From the NCBI GenBank assembly GCA_047967505.1, contig CM106538.1: a DNA stretch of 64,000 nucleotides; one strand, given 5' to 3'. Shown one piece after another: positions 63,069 through 64,000 of the stretch. This DNA is from Dipteris shenzhenensis (lineage: Eukaryota). The position numbers were made by a program, and so were the translations under genes. Under the pieces are notes generated by a model. That model saw nothing but the letters and a program-made list of their open reading frames with translations. It had not been told where the DNA came from and did no database searches. Every line of letters starts with the position of its first letter. Position 1 is the stretch's first letter.

Positions 63069-63262
63069 CCTAGCAGCCAAGAGGGCTGCTGAGCTACGAT
63101 GGGCACAACAGCGCCAGTTCCATGACGGAGCATACAGCAGCAGGCGGGCTGTGAACAGCCCCGTGGGCTGTAAGCAGTCCCTTAGTGGCCCCCCACACAA
63201 TAGCATGAGGGCTCGAGCAATCCCGTGGAGCAGAGCGGGGACCTGTAGGTCCCGTGGAGCAG

Positions 63263-64000
63263 AGAGAAAGAAAGAAAGAAAGAAAGAAATTTTATTAGAG
63301 TCTTCGGAAGACCGCTGGGTCTATGAGACTGAAAGAAAACCTGATACAAATCATAGTAAGGGTGGAGCTACTGAAACGAGCATATCACCCGTGCTAAACC
63401 CTAAGTTTGATCATACATAATCAAATACATCTAGATGTAACAATGAAAAGAAAAGGATTGGAGCGGAGCGGAATTGTCCATATGTCATGTCGCCCTGGTT
63501 GGTGCATAGCCGGTGATGGGACGCTGGTGCTCGTCAAGGGGTGCCGTGCGTCTCGGTCTCCTAGACGAGGCTCGACACAAGACCAGAGCTGTTGTTACTC
63601 CCGTGGGACATATCCCGGGTCTAAACAATGACGAGAGGTCCCCTAGAGTGATCTGTCTCGTGTGTCGTGCTGCGGTCGTCAGGTCGGGGTCTGTCACGTC
63701 TGCGGCTAGAGACTGGACGATCAATGTCACTTAATGGGAAGAACTCTGTGATCCTGCTCTGAGAGGTGTCTGATGATGTGGCCAAGCCCCGTTGCCTGAG
63801 TAAGTACTCTCTGTTTCGGACCCCCTCGTGAATGAAGGCCGTGAGGCATCTCTGATCTGGGTAGGCGAGGAATTTGGAAAGGAGCCTGTAGCCGTCTTTG
63901 AAGAGGCAGTGGTAGCGAGCGTGGATCTCGTAGTACACTGGGCACCTAAAAATAAAATGCTCTTCCGACTCAACCTCTTGACAGTCGCACAATATGCATA
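63263..64000 (-). mobile_element. 3' end of a second copy of the RTE/RTEX-like LINE family with (TTTC)n tail
   Basis: High similarity to the reverse complement of 57175-57910; (GAAA)n at 63265-63289. Confidence 0.9.

Overview
This is a eukaryotic, land-plant genomic window. The transposon content and gene structure suggest a seed-free plant such as a fern (inference). Most of it is nested transposable-element debris. Host genes are an intronless MATH-BTB gene (1582-2751, -), a two-exon phytocyanin with a probable GPI anchor (21806-22573, +), a probable first exon of a type II membrane protein (~45907, +) and a decayed LRR fragment. Mobile elements are two CACTA/EnSpm 3' halves fused back-to-back, a Mutator-like transposase relic, several LINEs and several Ty3/Gypsy relics. 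One LINE is nearly intact, with a 1272-aa ORF2, poly(A) tail and TSD. Two unrelated gag-only LTR elements are also present, one with identical LTRs and an intact gag. The most unusual signal is at ~25.4-31.3 kb: a decayed, intron-containing DDE transposase whose motif order matches the Transib/RAG1 family, facing two convergent ORFs, one of them with a BAH-like domain. The two youngest retroelements also share dense CCGTAC (SBP/SPL-type) arrays in their 5' leaders. All calls are from manual reading; no database searches were run.
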